Below, one piece after another: positions 62,255 through 64,000 of a stretch of DNA of 64,000 bases; the stretch's first letter is position 1, and every line of letters starts with the position of its first letter. The notes beneath the pieces are model-generated. The model was not told the DNA's origin, did not search any database, and saw nothing but the letters and a program-made list of their open reading frames with translations. The position numbers were made by a program, and so were the translations under genes. The DNA is from Octopus bimaculoides (taxonomy: Eukaryota): NCBI RefSeq assembly GCF_001194135.2, contig NC_068988.1, forward strand, positions 31,287,076 through 31,351,075, in the 5' to 3' direction.

Positions 62255-62897
62255 AGGAGTGACATAACAGTAAAAGTGATTGATTGTTTAACGATAGGTT
62301 GCTTCAAGCGCTGGAAAATTTGTGGATGAATGTTGCTCATGTCAGTGACTGGCTGCACTTAGAGACATCTTATAGTTACTCATTTTAGTGACTTTATTGA
62401 CATTGTTACGGGTGTATGAACTAAAAATTCCAGGAATTCAGGCAAATACCTGAAAGGGCATTACAATGATCTAGTCATTGGGTTTCTAATGACTGCATGA
62501 ATACGCAAGGATTTTCGCGTGGGATTCATATGCAAACATTTCTGGACGGCCACTTTCCTGAGTAATAAATTTTAATAGCGAATATAAATATAAAAGTTTG
62601 AGAAATCTGAGGAGGGAAGGAAATAACCAAACCAACATAGCGCAGGTTGAAAAAAAATAATAATAAGGAACCGTAAACATTGAAGTAGCTGATGTGTTGT
62701 AAGTTTAGAACTAAATATAAAAGATTAATGTTAATTAATTAGGTTCGAAGTGTTAATTATTATTTTTAGATTCGAATGTATTGTAGATACAGTGAAATGA
62801 CAGAACGACAATAAGTTCATAGAAATATTTACGTATATTTCAATGTGATGTATAGAAATGAAAATATCATTATCAAAATCAATATTATTAATGATAT

Positions 62898-63072
62898 TAG
62901 GGTGCCGAACTGACAGAATTGTTAGCAAAATGGTACGCAACATTTCGTTCAAATTCTGCCGAGGTAGACTTTGCTTTTCATTATTTCGGGGTACCATCTG
63001 AGTACTGGAGTTGATGTAATCAACTTACCTCCTCCCTTGAACTTACTCGTGTTGCGCTAAAATTCAAAACGA
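62898..63072 (+). mobile_element. SINE family A, degraded
   Basis: GAACTGACAGAATTGTTAGC, GTTCAAATTCTGCCGAGGTAGACTTTGC, TGATGTAATCAACTT. Confidence 0.7.
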
Positions 63073-63299
63073 ATATTATTAATGATGTTCTGCTCGATAT
63101 ATAACCGAAATAAAATATTATAGATATAATAGTTAAAGTAAGTTGTGCGGACGATAAAAACTATTTAAGGCTGTTCATATTCAATTCATTTCTAAACTGT
63201 TTCACGGTCATGTCTAGGTAACAACCGAAATGATACGCGTTTATAATAAGCCATTCACATGTTCTAGAAGATAATCTTTTTTAGAGATTCAGTGCTTAA

Positions 63300-63435
63300 C
63301 CCTTTGAGCACGTAACACCGATTTACCTGTGGATAGCTTATTTTTTTCTATATCGCAGCACTGCTCTACAGGCGGAGTGCATCAGGAAGCCAAGTATATG
63401 GTCCAATAAGGTTCAGGAGATCAATGCTCAAAGGG
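63300..63435. mobile_element. piggyBac-type MITE (136 bp)
   Basis: TTAA|CCCTTTGAGCA ... TGCTCAAAGGG|TTAA: perfect 11-bp TIR with TTAA at 63296-63299 and 63436-63439. Confidence 0.88.
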
Positions 63436-63712
63436 TTAATCTGAAGATTCTGTGTTTCAATTACACTTCTCCTTACATGGGCACCTGCAGTAGACTATAG
63501 AAATTGCTCTTGAGTAATTTTCTTTTAACTCAGCGGCAAAATATTCACAATGGGAATTATTGATATATTTACGATTTTCAACTTCTGACTTGTAGCCTAA
63601 TCTACATTAGATATATTTGGTTGAACACTTCTCTGTTTGAGAAATGATGTAAACCATTATCCTTAGTAGCTTCTAGCTAGCACATTATTAAGAATTCATA
63701 AGAGGTTCTATA

Positions 63713-63765
<53 letters not shown>

Positions 63766-63793
63766 GTCTATCTATCTATCTATCTATCTATCT
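63713..63793. repeat. (TATC)n
   Basis: Direct reading. Confidence 0.98.
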
Positions 63794-64000
63794 GACCTCC
63801 AAACGGAGAAGAACTGGGACGAGATAACGAGAAGGGTGGCCACTCTAGCCCGGCAATGGGCCGAGAGGAAGCTTTCCCTGAAAGGTCGGGCGGAGGTGGC
63901 GAACACGTACATCGCGTCCGCCATCTACTACCGCCTGACCGTCGTTCCTTGTCCCGACCCTACCATCACCAAACTGGAGCGCATCCTCTTCCGCTTCTTG
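63794..64000 (+). mobile_element. Tx1/L1-clade LINE ORF2 fragment, 5'-truncated, runs off the window
   Basis: 69 open codons: DLQTEKNWDEITRRVATLARQWAERKLSLKGRAEVANTYIASAIYYRLTVVPCPDPTITKLERILFRFL (W..R.LSL.GR..V.N motif after RT domain 7); 59% GC by count. Confidence 0.9.

Overview
AT-rich, gapped eukaryotic genomic DNA (10 N-gaps) made almost entirely of microsatellites and decayed transposable elements. The repeat families and the density of (AAT)n, (TA)n, (CA)n and (TATG)n look like an octopus (coleoid cephalopod) short-read assembly; this is recognition from memory, not a database match. No intact host protein-coding gene, rRNA, true tRNA or CRISPR array can be supported, and most listed ORFs are microsatellite or N-gap artefacts. 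Identifiable content: several R4/Dong-like RLE LINE fragments, a second RLE family, a CRE-like RLE fragment, two Tx1/L1 fragments, two Penelope-like fragments, five mariner/maT and one or two Tc1 relics, a hAT transposase relic, three MITEs with readable termini, and about 25 copies of three tRNA-derived SINE families. Most interesting signals: (1) retroelement families appear to partition microsatellite targets by motif and strand: Dong-like LINEs in sense (AAT)n, SINE-A and a Tx1 3' end in sense (ATT)n, an RLE family in (ACAT)n, and a young Tx1 beside (ATCT)n; (2) a Penelope GIY-YIG end followed by a tRNA-like Pol III head and a degenerate minimal hammerhead; (3) a 148-bp foldback palindrome within one SINE copy; (4) a diverged local duplication, one copy of which holds an exon-like segment. 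Element boundaries are approximate unless a TSD or TIR is quoted.
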